From the UHGV virus genome UHGV-0310098: 37,829 bases of DNA, one strand, 5' to 3'. The translations under genes and the position numbers were made by a program. A model generated the notes under the pieces. It was not told the origin of the DNA, did no database searches, and saw only the letters and a list, made by a program, of their open reading frames with translations. Below, piece by piece: positions 1 to 8,069 of the stretch (within the stretch, counting starts at the first letter, position 1; the number at the start of each line of letters is the position of its first letter). This DNA is from a virus.

Positions 1-135
1 ATGGCAGATGAGGGTGTTTGCAAATCCAGAAGAGACAAATTGAATTATCTTGATGTGATTGCTGATGATAAGAAACTGATTGAGGGATATACGGCTATTG
101 TAAAAGAACTGGCTATTAAATACGGAGTTGCATAG
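1..135 (+). CDS. hypothetical 44-aa ORF at window edge; could be a complete small gene or the tail of an upstream gene
   Basis: ATG at position 1, open to TAG at 133-135. If the molecule were circular, the Bro-N antirepressor frame from the window end would read through and stop at position 11 of this region. Confidence 0.25.
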   Translation: MADEGVCKSRRDKLNYLDVIADDKKLIEGYTAIVKELAIKYGVA

Positions 136-156
136 AAGAAAAGGAGGAAAAAGACA

Positions 157-552
157 ATGTTTAGCAACGTAAAAATCGACAATGGATTATTTTTAGACGG
201 CAAGAAACTTAACTGCGTGAAATCATACAAATTAGAACAGAAAGAGAGAGATGATATCGCAGAACTTACAGTAAATATGGATGTTCGGGTTTTTTGTAAG
301 GACGATAAGCCGTCCGATATCAAAGTTGGAACTATTAAGGCGGACAAGCTATCTGGATTGAGGTTGGCGGACTTGGCAAATGTAATTGGAGAAGAAGTAC
401 TCGTGAAAGTTGTATATCACAAAGGCGCGGTGCCAGCAACAAATATATATGTTCCGGGAAGTATTTCTGGAGAAGATCCAAAATTTTTGGAAAAACACGT
501 GAAAACAATAAGAACCAATATTAACGCGCTGGTTATAGAACTGGAGGATTGA
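157..552 (+). CDS. hypothetical early protein (131 aa)
   Basis: ORF track; strong RBS AAGGAGG 9 nt upstream of the ATG; no family recognised. Confidence 0.55.
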   Translation: MFSNVKIDNGLFLDGKKLNCVKSYKLEQKERDDIAELTVNMDVRVFCKDDKPSDIKVGTIKADKLSGLRLADLANVIGEEVLVKVVYHKGAVPATNIYVPGSISGEDPKFLEKHVKTIRTNINALVIELED

Positions 553-553
553 C

Positions 554-784
554 ATGAATTATCCAAAGGAAATCATGAGTAGAAAGGAACTCATCCAGCA
601 GGGATACCCGCCGGAGTTTTTAAGAAGAGTCTGGAATACACCCGGTCAGCAGGTGGCGTTTTTGCTTAATCCTGCGAACCCACACAGTACTTTGATGTAT
701 CGCACTTCAGAATTAGAAAAATTCATCCAGAAAGAAATGAGGGCAGCAGAACGGGCAATGAAATTGCGAACAGGTGTGATTTGA
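554..784 (+). CDS. small putative DNA-binding protein (excisionase/HTH_17-like layout?)
   Basis: 76 aa; GGAGG RBS. Helix-turn-helix-like segment followed by a basic/aromatic C-terminus. Assigned from layout only. Confidence 0.4.
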   Translation: MNYPKEIMSRKELIQQGYPPEFLRRVWNTPGQQVAFLLNPANPHSTLMYRTSELEKFIQKEMRAAERAMKLRTGVI

Positions 785-969
785 TGAAAAGGCTGACAGT
801 AAAACAGATTGAGAAATTCATCCAAGCCCTGGAATCCACAGAAAGGGTTGGTTGGTATTCTGAGGAGCAAAAGTTGCACGCAATCGCCTGTTTAAACAAT
901 TACTGCAGGGAACTGGAGTATCAAGGAAGAAAATCCGTGAAATTAAAGGAGGAAGAACATGGAAATTAA
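781..969 (+). CDS. hypothetical protein (62 aa)
   Basis: ATGA start/stop overlap with the previous gene, consistent with translational coupling. Confidence 0.4.
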   Translation: MMKRLTVKQIEKFIQALESTERVGWYSEEQKLHAIACLNNYCRELEYQGRKSVKLKEEEHGN

Positions 970-1147
970 AGGAACCTACCACTGCCAGACCACTCAGCAA
1001 CCCAACACTTTAAATAGCTGGGATATCCGGTCAGTCTCTGTAGATCTGCCAGAAGAAGAGGATAAGCCTTACTGGATCAGAGCTGGTGCGATGGTGATCG
1101 GGTTTATCTTGGTGATGCTGGGATGGTATCTGGTGTTTGGGTATTAA
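959..1147 (+). CDS. small protein with C-terminal hydrophobic segment
   Basis: AAGGAGG RBS. C-terminus GAMVIGFILVMLGWYLVFGY predicted transmembrane. Confidence 0.4.
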   Translation: MEIKGTYHCQTTQQPNTLNSWDIRSVSVDLPEEEDKPYWIRAGAMVIGFILVMLGWYLVFGY

Positions 1148-1233
1148 AAAAGAGTGCTGTCACAGGGCGGCAACCCTCGAGCACTCAAGAAATTAAATCA
1201 GTTAAATTGTAGACGAAAAGGAGAGAAATGTAA

Positions 1234-1728
1234 ATGAAAAAATTTGAATTAACCAGCGAATTTGTAACTTTTTTAGGAAAGAAGCTCTTTAGAATCAAGG
1301 CTCTTGTGTCGTTTGGTGACGTAAAAGAAGGAGAATTGGGTGGCCTTGTAGAGAAAGAAGAGAACCTTGATCAGTCCGGTAACGCTTGGGTATACGGTAA
1401 CGCTCGGATATCCGGTGACGCTCGGGTATCCGGTGACGCTCAGGTATCCGGTAACGCTTGGGTATCCGGTGACGCTTGGGTATCCGGTGACGCTTGGGTT
1501 CAAAACTGCCGTGATTATTCTGCTACAAGCTGCTTCGGATCGGAAAATAGGACGACAACATTTTTCCGCACGAAAGACGGCGGAATCAGCGTGAGATGTG
1601 GATGTTTTTATGGAACACTTAATGAATTTAGAGAAAAGGTGAAAGAACGACACGGAGACAGCCGACTGGCAAAGGAATATTTGATGCTGGCAGATTTGAT
1701 GGAGTTTAGATTGTCCAAGGATGAGTAG
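1234..1728 (+). CDS. hexapeptide-repeat protein (seven [SY]G[ND]A[RWQ][VI] units), phage early protein of unknown function
   Basis: ORF track. Repeats SGNAWV/YGNARI/SGDARV/SGDAQV/SGNAWV/SGDAWV/SGDAWV. Left-handed beta-helix-like periodicity. AAGGAG RBS. Confidence 0.6.
   Translation: MKKFELTSEFVTFLGKKLFRIKALVSFGDVKEGELGGLVEKEENLDQSGNAWVYGNARISGDARVSGDAQVSGNAWVSGDAWVSGDAWVQNCRDYSATSCFGSENRTTTFFRTKDGGISVRCGCFYGTLNEFREKVKERHGDSRLAKEYLMLADLMEFRLSKDE
1373..1498 (+). repeat. 18-bp coding tandem repeat, about 7 copies (TCCGGTGACGCTTGGGTA-like)
   Basis: Direct inspection of the sequence. It generates spurious ORFs on the other strand and in other frames (1273..1872 -, 1367..1594 +). Confidence 0.85.
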
Positions 1729-1739
1729 GAGGATAAGCA

Positions 1740-2003
1740 ATGGATAGAAAGAAAATGCATGAACTTTTAGACTTAATTCTTGAGATTCAAGAGCGTGGAG
1801 AAGGTAAGGATGGGTACCCTTTTGTAAACATTGAATTTTCAAACTACGGGAGCAGAATACTTTTGTGCGCACAAGAAAACGGATTTGTCGCGAATGGAGA
1901 TTACGATTTGTTTGACGGGATTACAACAGATAAGCAACTAGATGATGCAATCGTTTTGGCAAAAGTATTACTGGAAAAAGCAGCAGATATGGCGGGCAAA
2001 TAA
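1740..2003 (+). CDS. hypothetical protein (87 aa)
   Basis: AGGAGG RBS; acidic protein. Confidence 0.5.
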   Translation: MDRKKMHELLDLILEIQERGEGKDGYPFVNIEFSNYGSRILLCAQENGFVANGDYDLFDGITTDKQLDDAIVLAKVLLEKAADMAGK

Positions 2004-2004
2004 T

Positions 2005-2151
2005 ATGTACAAACATACAGAAGAACTGGAAGAAATAACAGATCAAGAAGCGGCTGAAAAAGACAGATATTTTAGGGTACGCAAAAGGCACTATCAGAAT
2101 TATTGTGATTTTATGGAGGAAATAACAAATGGCAACATTATACGAGATTGA
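2005..2151 (+). CDS. hypothetical small protein (48 aa; internal ATG of track ORF 1942..2151)
   Basis: An ATG at 2005 directly follows the stop of the previous gene. The longer track ORF would overlap the upstream gene by 62 nt. Confidence 0.3.
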   Translation: MYKHTEELEEITDQEAAEKDRYFRVRKRHYQNYCDFMEEITNGNIIRD

Positions 2152-2593
2152 CGAAGAGATTTTGGATTGTGTAGATCAGGAAACGGGAGAGATTATCGAC
2201 CCAGAAAAGCTGGCACAGTTGCAGATGGATTTTGACAAAAAGGTAGAGGGAATTGCTCTCTGGATCAAAAACCTCTTATCTGATGCAGAAGCAATCAAGG
2301 CAGAGAAAAATAAACTGGCTGACCGCCAGAAAACATGTGAAAACAAGGCGAGAAATCTAAAAGAATACCTGTCTGGTTACCTGTGTGGAGAGAAATTTAA
2401 AACAGCAAGAGTTAGTATCTCTTATCGAAAATCAGAGAGTGTAGAGGTGCAAGACATTTCAAAACTGGACAAGGAATACTTAAAATTTGCTGATCCTGAG
2501 GTTGATAAAACAAAGGTGAAAAAAACACTGAAAGACGGTGTTGAGTTATCCGGAGTTGTATTGATACAGAATAATAATATTCAGATTCGGTAG
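2129..2593 (+). CDS. Siphovirus Gp157-like protein
   Basis: N-terminus MATLYEIDEEI is typical of the Gp157 family. About 155 aa, coiled-coil. Sits directly upstream of a Rad52-like recombinase, as in Sfi21-like phages. GGAGG RBS. Confidence 0.55.
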   Translation: MATLYEIDEEILDCVDQETGEIIDPEKLAQLQMDFDKKVEGIALWIKNLLSDAEAIKAEKNKLADRQKTCENKARNLKEYLSGYLCGEKFKTARVSISYRKSESVEVQDISKLDKEYLKFADPEVDKTKVKKTLKDGVELSGVVLIQNNNIQIR

Positions 2594-2601
2594 GTGCAAG
2601 C

Positions 2602-3204
2602 ATGGGAAATTTGGATTTGTATAACAGGGTAAGAGTTGTTCCGGAAGAAGCGAAGAAGACAATCAAAGGCGGTCGCTTGAATGGAATGACGGATATTAAC
2701 CCTATGTGGAGGATCAAAGTGCTTACAAGCGAATATGGTCCGTGTGGTATTGGCTGGTTTTACAAGCCTGTTAAGAAATGGACGGAACAGGCAGGAGGAG
2801 AAACAGTTGCATTTGTAGATATCGAACTGTTTGTAAAGGTAGATGGTGAGTGGTCGCAACCAATCTGCGGAACCGGGGGGAGTAAGCTATCGCAAAACGA
2901 AAGAAATGGTCTTTTTGTTTCCGATGAATGTTACAAAATGGCAACAACAGACGCTATTTCTGTAGCTTGCAAGCAACTTGGAATTGGAGCAGACGTGTAC
3001 TTTGAGGCAGATAGAACTAAGTACGATTCTCCATTTGAAAGAGTGGAGCGAGTGCGAAACGAACTGAAAAAGCGCAGATGTTCAGAATCAAATTTTATGC
3101 AGGTATATAGGTTGGATAATATTGAACAGGTGACAGATAGCCAAATCAAAGATTTTATAGCGAGAATGGAGGCGGCAAAGCATGACAGTGTGGATCAGAA
3201 GTAG
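2602..3204 (+). CDS. Rad52/Sak-family single-strand annealing recombinase (putative)
   Basis: Segment GRLNGMTDINPMWRIKVLTSEYGPCGIGWFY resembles Rad52/22 (Sak) phage proteins. Position follows Gp157. Not verified by search. Confidence 0.45.
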   Translation: MGNLDLYNRVRVVPEEAKKTIKGGRLNGMTDINPMWRIKVLTSEYGPCGIGWFYKPVKKWTEQAGGETVAFVDIELFVKVDGEWSQPICGTGGSKLSQNERNGLFVSDECYKMATTDAISVACKQLGIGADVYFEADRTKYDSPFERVERVRNELKKRRCSESNFMQVYRLDNIEQVTDSQIKDFIARMEAAKHDSVDQK

Positions 3205-3697
3205 AGTGCAGATGCCGAACTACGTGAAAGAAAGTATTAGATCATTGGTAAAGTCGATTTGCGATAAAGATGTCGATGTGAGTATTGCTCTGCACAAAGA
3301 ATCAAAAACAGATCAACAAAGAAAATACTTTTGGACGCTGGTAAAAGAACTCCGCAGCGTTATGAAAAACGGACAGACTGAAAACGATGTGTATTTGCAT
3401 CTTTTAAGGATATACGGGACGTCAGATTTTATAAGCCTTCCGTCCGATCAGGTGCATCTTGCAAGAGCTTGTTACCGGATTGTAGAAGTACAGAACAAGA
3501 AAGAGTTCGTGAACAAGGAAAATGAGCGCATTACTGTTTGTACTTTGCGCTGTTGGAAAGGATTGAGCGAATACGATACCAACGAAGCTTGCATGTTGAT
3601 AGATGGAGCGGTGGAAGAGTGCAAAAGTCTTGGTATTCCGACAGATACGCCGGATGAAATTCGCAAAATGAAAGAGTTGTGGGGGATTAAATTATAA
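3182..3697 (+). CDS. NinB/Orf-like recombination mediator (putative)
   Basis: Motif TDQQRKYFWTLVKELRSV resembles the lambda Orf segment DQNRKLWACLGDVSRQV. GGAGG RBS. Weak call. Confidence 0.35.
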   Translation: MTVWIRSRVQMPNYVKESIRSLVKSICDKDVDVSIALHKESKTDQQRKYFWTLVKELRSVMKNGQTENDVYLHLLRIYGTSDFISLPSDQVHLARACYRIVEVQNKKEFVNKENERITVCTLRCWKGLSEYDTNEACMLIDGAVEECKSLGIPTDTPDEIRKMKELWGIKL

Positions 3698-3700
3698 GTA

Positions 3701-4075
3701 TTGATTACAGCGATATGGCGTTCCCAAAGCCGAAGCGAAAGAAAAAGAAAAAAAGGTCATCAGAGGACGATTGGAAAACCAAAGGAGCTATGGAGCGTAT
3801 TCACGGAGGACATGGATCACTGCATGTACACTAGAGCTTACGGAGTGGAGAGGCATCACATTTTCAGCCACACATCGAAAGAAATTGAGCTTTCGGAGGA
3901 TTATGGTTTTATCGCTCCATTGAGACCAGACCTGCATCCAAACGGAACAAGGGCAGGGGAGAATGCATCAAAAGTTGACCGATACTTAAGAAAACGCTGC
4001 AAAGAGTATTATTTGCAGCACTACGGAACAGAAGAGCAGTTCCGGCAAGAATTTCACTATGTTAGTAAGGGTTAA
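3701..4075 (+). CDS. HNH-like nuclease domain protein (ERHH motif; Rap/NinG-like position)
   Basis: Motif CMYTRAYGVERHHIFSHT with DLHPNGT downstream. Track start is TTG. An ATG at 3715 in the +1-shifted frame encodes MAFPKPKRKKKKK up to an A7 run (see findings). Confidence 0.4.
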   Translation: MITAIWRSQSRSERKRKKGHQRTIGKPKELWSVFTEDMDHCMYTRAYGVERHHIFSHTSKEIELSEDYGFIAPLRPDLHPNGTRAGENASKVDRYLRKRCKEYYLQHYGTEEQFRQEFHYVSKG

Positions 4076-4188
4076 ACCTTTGCTATAAATTGTAACCCGT
4101 TCATGGCTGCTGTGTAGTACGTCACAAATACCTTAAGTAAGCCAGATTCATTGTCTCCCGGTAATTCCGGGAGCAGAAAGGAGAATAA

Positions 4189-4599
4189 ATGGTAATTACA
4201 ATTCCGGGCAAACCGGTTGGAAAAGCAAGACCGAGATTCCGCAGAGCCGGATTTAAAGTCATTACATATACGCCAGACGAAAGCAAAAAATACGAAAAGG
4301 AAGTTGCAAGGATTTACAAGCAGAGCATAGGCGTGCTTTACACGGACATCACTCTGAGAGTTCGAATTTTAGCGAAATTTCCGATTCCAGAGAGCTGGTC
4401 TAAGAAGAATAAGGATAGGGCTTTAAAAGGAGAAATAAAGCCGAATAAGAAGCCTGACTTAGACAACATTGCAAAAATCATTTTGGATGGACTGAATGGA
4501 GTTGCATATACGGATGATAAGCAGGTGACCAGTCTGGAGATTGAAAAGGTATATTCGGACACACCTTGCGTGGTGGTCTATATTGCGGAGGATGAGTGA
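4189..4599 (+). CDS. rusA: RusA Holliday-junction resolvase
   Basis: GKPVGKARPRF N-terminal motif, catalytic-region motif KPDLDNIAKIILDGLNGVAYTDD, about 136 aa. AAAGGAG RBS. Confidence 0.85.
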   Translation: MVITIPGKPVGKARPRFRRAGFKVITYTPDESKKYEKEVARIYKQSIGVLYTDITLRVRILAKFPIPESWSKKNKDRALKGEIKPNKKPDLDNIAKIILDGLNGVAYTDDKQVTSLEIEKVYSDTPCVVVYIAEDE

Positions 4600-5468
4600 T
4601 GGCAGAAGTAAAGTGGATAAAGATAGCAACGGATATCTTTGATGATGAAAAGATATTGCTGATAGAGGCTTTGCCAGATGCTTATGCAATTATAACAGTC
4701 TGGTTCAAGCTACTATGCCTTGCCGGGAAAAAGAATAACGGTGGTGTATTCCTGATGAATGACAAGATTCACTACACAGACAAGATGCTGGCTACAATCT
4801 TTAGAATGAATGAATCCACTGTAAAGTTGGCTCTGAACGCGTTTGAGCAATTTAAAATGATTGAGATAGTGGAGGGAATAATCACGATCCCGAACTGGAA
4901 TAAGCACCAGACATTGGATGCTTATGAACGGAAAAAAGAGCGTGACAGGCTGTACCAAGAGGAAAGAAGAGCCAAACAAAGAGCTTTGATCGAAAAATCG
5001 TCTGACAAGTCGTCTGAAAGAACGTCTGACGTCGCTGTTTCAGATATAGATAAAGAAGAAGATAAAGAAAAAGATAATAATATATATGTCCCGTACAAAG
5101 AGATCATAACTTACCTGAATGAAAAGACAGGCAAGAAACTAAGGTGGGATGTTAAGAGTAACCAGAAGGAAATAAAAGCCAGATTCAATGAAGGATACAC
5201 TCTGGATGACTTTAAGACGGTGATTGATAAAAAATACCATGAGTGGGGCAGAAAGCCTACAAAAGAGGAATTACAGCGCGGAGTTAATGATATGAGGATA
5301 TATCTAAGACCAAAAACCCTGTTCGGCAGTAATTTCGATGTTTATCTTAACCAAGAGCAGACGGAAAAAATGCCAGCAAAACCGCCAGTAAGCAGAAACT
5401 TAAATAACTTCGAACGCAGAGGATACGACATGGACTCTCTGGAAGAGCAGCTGTTGAATTCAAATTAA
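4596..5468 (+). CDS. phage replisome organizer (N-terminal Phage_rep_org_N-like plus conserved phage C-terminal domain)
   Basis: N-terminus VKWIKIATDIFDDEKI...VWFKLLCLAGK. C-terminal motif YVPYKEIITYLNEKTGKKLRW typical of the DnaD/replisome-organizer C-terminal phage domain. Confidence 0.7.
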   Translation: MMAEVKWIKIATDIFDDEKILLIEALPDAYAIITVWFKLLCLAGKKNNGGVFLMNDKIHYTDKMLATIFRMNESTVKLALNAFEQFKMIEIVEGIITIPNWNKHQTLDAYERKKERDRLYQEERRAKQRALIEKSSDKSSERTSDVAVSDIDKEEDKEKDNNIYVPYKEIITYLNEKTGKKLRWDVKSNQKEIKARFNEGYTLDDFKTVIDKKYHEWGRKPTKEELQRGVNDMRIYLRPKTLFGSNFDVYLNQEQTEKMPAKPPVSRNLNNFERRGYDMDSLEEQLLNSN

Positions 5469-5477
5469 GGAGGAATT

Positions 5478-6056
5478 ATGGAACCAAAGAAAGTAACGAT
5501 AAATTACGCTCTGCTCTGTAAGGAACTAGAAAAGCAGGGCAAGACGAAAGAGAAATTCTCGGCAGAACTCGGGAGAAGCAAGTCTTTTGTCTGCAATATG
5601 GCAAAGAACCCGGAACAGACAGAAGATTTTGAAAGAACCATGTGCTTGCTTCTCGGACTTGAACCGGGAAGTCTGGTGAAAGAGCCAGAAAAGAAAGGGA
5701 TGACCGCAGCACAGGCTCTTACAGTAATCAGAGATGAGATTTTAGAGAATCGCAGAATCATGCAGGAGAATTTTGAGAAAATCTGGAACAAGCTGAACAC
5801 CAACACTGTCCAACTGGAAAAGATTAAGGACAAGGTCAACGAGGTATCTAAGACCGATTATGACAAGGCGGTGGAATGGTTAAAAGATAAAATGGCAGGT
5901 GGGCGATATGACGGAGCGAAGCTGCTCATGGAGTCGGATGCCGCGGGAATCAAACGGTCAGATGTCATGAAAGCGAGAAACGAGTTGAAAATAAAGATAC
6001 AGACAACCGGATATGGAAAGAACGCGAAAGCATGGTGGAGCTTAGAAAGGGAGTAA
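5478..6056 (+). CDS. HTH-domain protein (XRE-like N-terminus, coiled-coil C-terminus), function unknown
   Basis: Strong RBS AAGGAGG. N-terminal INYALLCKELEKQGKTKEKFSAELGRSKSFVCNMAKN resembles an HTH_3 fold. Confidence 0.5.
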   Translation: MEPKKVTINYALLCKELEKQGKTKEKFSAELGRSKSFVCNMAKNPEQTEDFERTMCLLLGLEPGSLVKEPEKKGMTAAQALTVIRDEILENRRIMQENFEKIWNKLNTNTVQLEKIKDKVNEVSKTDYDKAVEWLKDKMAGGRYDGAKLLMESDAAGIKRSDVMKARNELKIKIQTTGYGKNAKAWWSLERE

Positions 6057-6058
6057 AC

Positions 6059-6187
6059 ATGAACAGAAAAAGATACGGCTTTAGAGTCTACAGGAAACAG
6101 CCTATCGGATTGAGACACGGAAATATGGATTTGTTTACGCGCGGCATCACAAAGCGGAAGAGAAAGAATAGGGTGAGAGGGAAATGA
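6059..6187 (+). CDS. small basic protein (42 aa)
   Basis: GGGAG RBS. R/K-rich. Below the 60-aa track cutoff. Confidence 0.3.
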   Translation: MNRKRYGFRVYRKQPIGLRHGNMDLFTRGITKRKRKNRVRGK

Positions 6188-6375
6188 CGAACAATGATCA
6201 TTTGAACAACATAACAGGAGAAATTGATACACCAGAAATCTCCGCAGTCAAGATGATACTTACAAGAATAGATGAGGATTTAGAAAACGATCTGTACGAA
6301 GAAAACCGTGATAAATACCTGAATTTGTACAAGAGCCAAAAAGAGTGGCTGGAAAGAGAGGTTGAAAATGAGTAG
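6184..6375 (+). CDS. hypothetical acidic protein (63 aa)
   Basis: ATGA overlap with the previous ORF; GAGAGGG RBS. Confidence 0.4.
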   Translation: MTNNDHLNNITGEIDTPEISAVKMILTRIDEDLENDLYEENRDKYLNLYKSQKEWLEREVENE

Positions 6376-6634
6376 ACCAGCACACTTTCTGGATCCGTAC
6401 AAATTCCAGATCGAAGAGATGGTAAAACTCGGATGCACGGATGAGCATATTCATAAAGTTTTGCATGACATTCAGAAAGTGGAATTTACGAGAGATGATC
6501 TTATCCGGTACATGGATGAAAACGGGATACGAAAGAGGAAATCAGCCAAAAGATGGACGCGGAGCAAAGCAATTGAGTGGGTAGAGCTTTGCAAGCAGTT
6601 GCGAGGGAATAAGAAGAAAATAAGCGAAAAATAG
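6362..6634 (+). CDS. hypothetical protein (90 aa)
   Basis: ORF track; overlaps the previous gene by 14 nt. Confidence 0.45.
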   Translation: MKMSRPAHFLDPYKFQIEEMVKLGCTDEHIHKVLHDIQKVEFTRDDLIRYMDENGIRKRKSAKRWTRSKAIEWVELCKQLRGNKKKISEK

Positions 6635-6686
6635 AAAGGAGCCAGCCTCCGGCCGGGGCAAGGGTATACCGGGCTTCTGAGGAAAA

Positions 6687-8069
6687 ATGAAATTTATAGA
6701 TTTTTTTGCCGGAATAGGCGGATTTAGAAGAGGGCTTGAGCTTGCTGGACATGAGTGTGTTGGATTTTGTGAGTGGGATAAGTACGCAACTGCAAGCTAT
6801 ACATCCATGCATTTAATCACAGATAAACAAAGAGCATATTTAAACACTCTAACACTCAAGCAAAGACAAAAGGAGATTTTGAAAGATGAATACAGAAACG
6901 GAGAATGGTACTCAAGTGACATTAGAACAGTGGATGCCAGGAGCTTGCCCGAAGCAGACTGTTGGACATTCGGCGCACCCTGCCAAGATTTCAGTGTTGC
7001 CGGAAAGAGAGCAGGACTTGACGGAGACAGATCGAGCCTTGTACGAGAAATTTTTAGACTGTTGGAAGAACAAGAAGAAAAAAACAGACCTGAATGGATT
7101 ATCTATGAGAATGTTAAGGGAATGCTTTCTAGCAACCGAGGACTCGACTATCTGTCAATCCTCTCTGAAATGGACAGACTCGGGTACGATATCGAATGGC
7201 AGAATATTAACAGTAAATGGTTCGTGCCACAAAACCGGGAGCGCATTTACACTATCGGACATCTTAGAAGATATGGTTACAAAAAAATACTTCCTGTCAC
7301 GGGAACAGATGGAGAAAATAGTGTTTCAATAATCGCTCATAGAGATGGATACAGAAGAAATACACAGACTTTTTCTCCAGGCGGAATAACAGAAACCCTC
7401 GATACGGGACAAGGCGGAGGAAGAGGACACCATGTTGGAATTCCTTGTTTTTGCGACATGAACTATAAGGCAGGTTTAAAAACAACAGATAGCGCCAGAG
7501 CAATGCAAGCAAGATACAATAAAGGTGTATGTAATAGATCGGGAGAAGTTTCTGGTGTCGTAATTCCTGTTCTCACGCCAGTTAGAGCAGAGAAGCGACA
7601 GAACGGACGAAGATTCAAAGAAAATGGAGATCCGATGTTTACATTAACTTCTCAAGATAGACACGGAATAGCAATCAATGTAAAAGAAGCTACAAAGCAA
7701 GGATACGATGTAGCACATGAAGGTGACAGCATTAATCTTTCTATTCCTGATAGCAAGACAAGAAGAGGAAGAGTCTGGAAACAATTAGCAAATACGCTAG
7801 ATACAAGCTGTAACCAAGGTATTTTTGTTCAGGTGGAAAATGAATTAACAGTGTATGCTATTTGGTATGAAAAATACAAATGTTACATAGCAATCAGAAA
7901 ATTGACTCCAAAAGAGTGCTTTAGACTACAAGGGTGGACGGATGATTATTTTGAGAAGGCTAAGTTTGTAAATTCGGACAGTCAACTTTACAAACAGGCT
8001 GGAAATGGAGTTACGGTAAATGTTGTAAGAGCAATTGGAGATAAAATGACGATTATGAGGAATGACTAA
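6687..8069 (+). CDS. DNA (cytosine-5)-methyltransferase, orphan
   Basis: Motif I FFAGIGGF, motif IV PCQDFS, ENVKGM, C-terminal QAGNGV. No cognate restriction enzyme is visible nearby. Confidence 0.9.
   Translation: MKFIDFFAGIGGFRRGLELAGHECVGFCEWDKYATASYTSMHLITDKQRAYLNTLTLKQRQKEILKDEYRNGEWYSSDIRTVDARSLPEADCWTFGAPCQDFSVAGKRAGLDGDRSSLVREIFRLLEEQEEKNRPEWIIYENVKGMLSSNRGLDYLSILSEMDRLGYDIEWQNINSKWFVPQNRERIYTIGHLRRYGYKKILPVTGTDGENSVSIIAHRDGYRRNTQTFSPGGITETLDTGQGGGRGHHVGIPCFCDMNYKAGLKTTDSARAMQARYNKGVCNRSGEVSGVVIPVLTPVRAEKRQNGRRFKENGDPMFTLTSQDRHGIAINVKEATKQGYDVAHEGDSINLSIPDSKTRRGRVWKQLANTLDTSCNQGIFVQVENELTVYAIWYEKYKCYIAIRKLTPKECFRLQGWTDDYFEKAKFVNSDSQLYKQAGNGVTVNVVRAIGDKMTIMRND

Noticed and set aside
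1373-1498. Short direct repeats that could suggest a CRISPR array
   Set aside because: Repeats are contiguous (no spacers), in-frame and coding (hexapeptide units). No CRISPR-like repeat-spacer structure exists anywhere in the window.
1273-1872. Long - strand ORF (199 aa) and + strand alternate-frame ORF 1367..1594 with their own repeats (PSVTGY..., VTLGYP...)
   Set aside because: Mirror-image artefacts of the 18-bp coding tandem repeat of gene 1234..1728. They have no RBS and are antisense to a well-supported gene.
4155-4173. 7-bp hairpin CTCCCGG-TAATT-CCGGGAG just upstream of the rusA RBS
   Set aside because: No T-tract, so not a terminator. Could be an RNA structure affecting rusA translation, but there is no supporting evidence in the sequence.
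6886-7332. 148-aa ORF in another frame inside the methyltransferase gene
   Set aside because: Fully embedded in a gene with complete C5-MTase motifs. No RBS.
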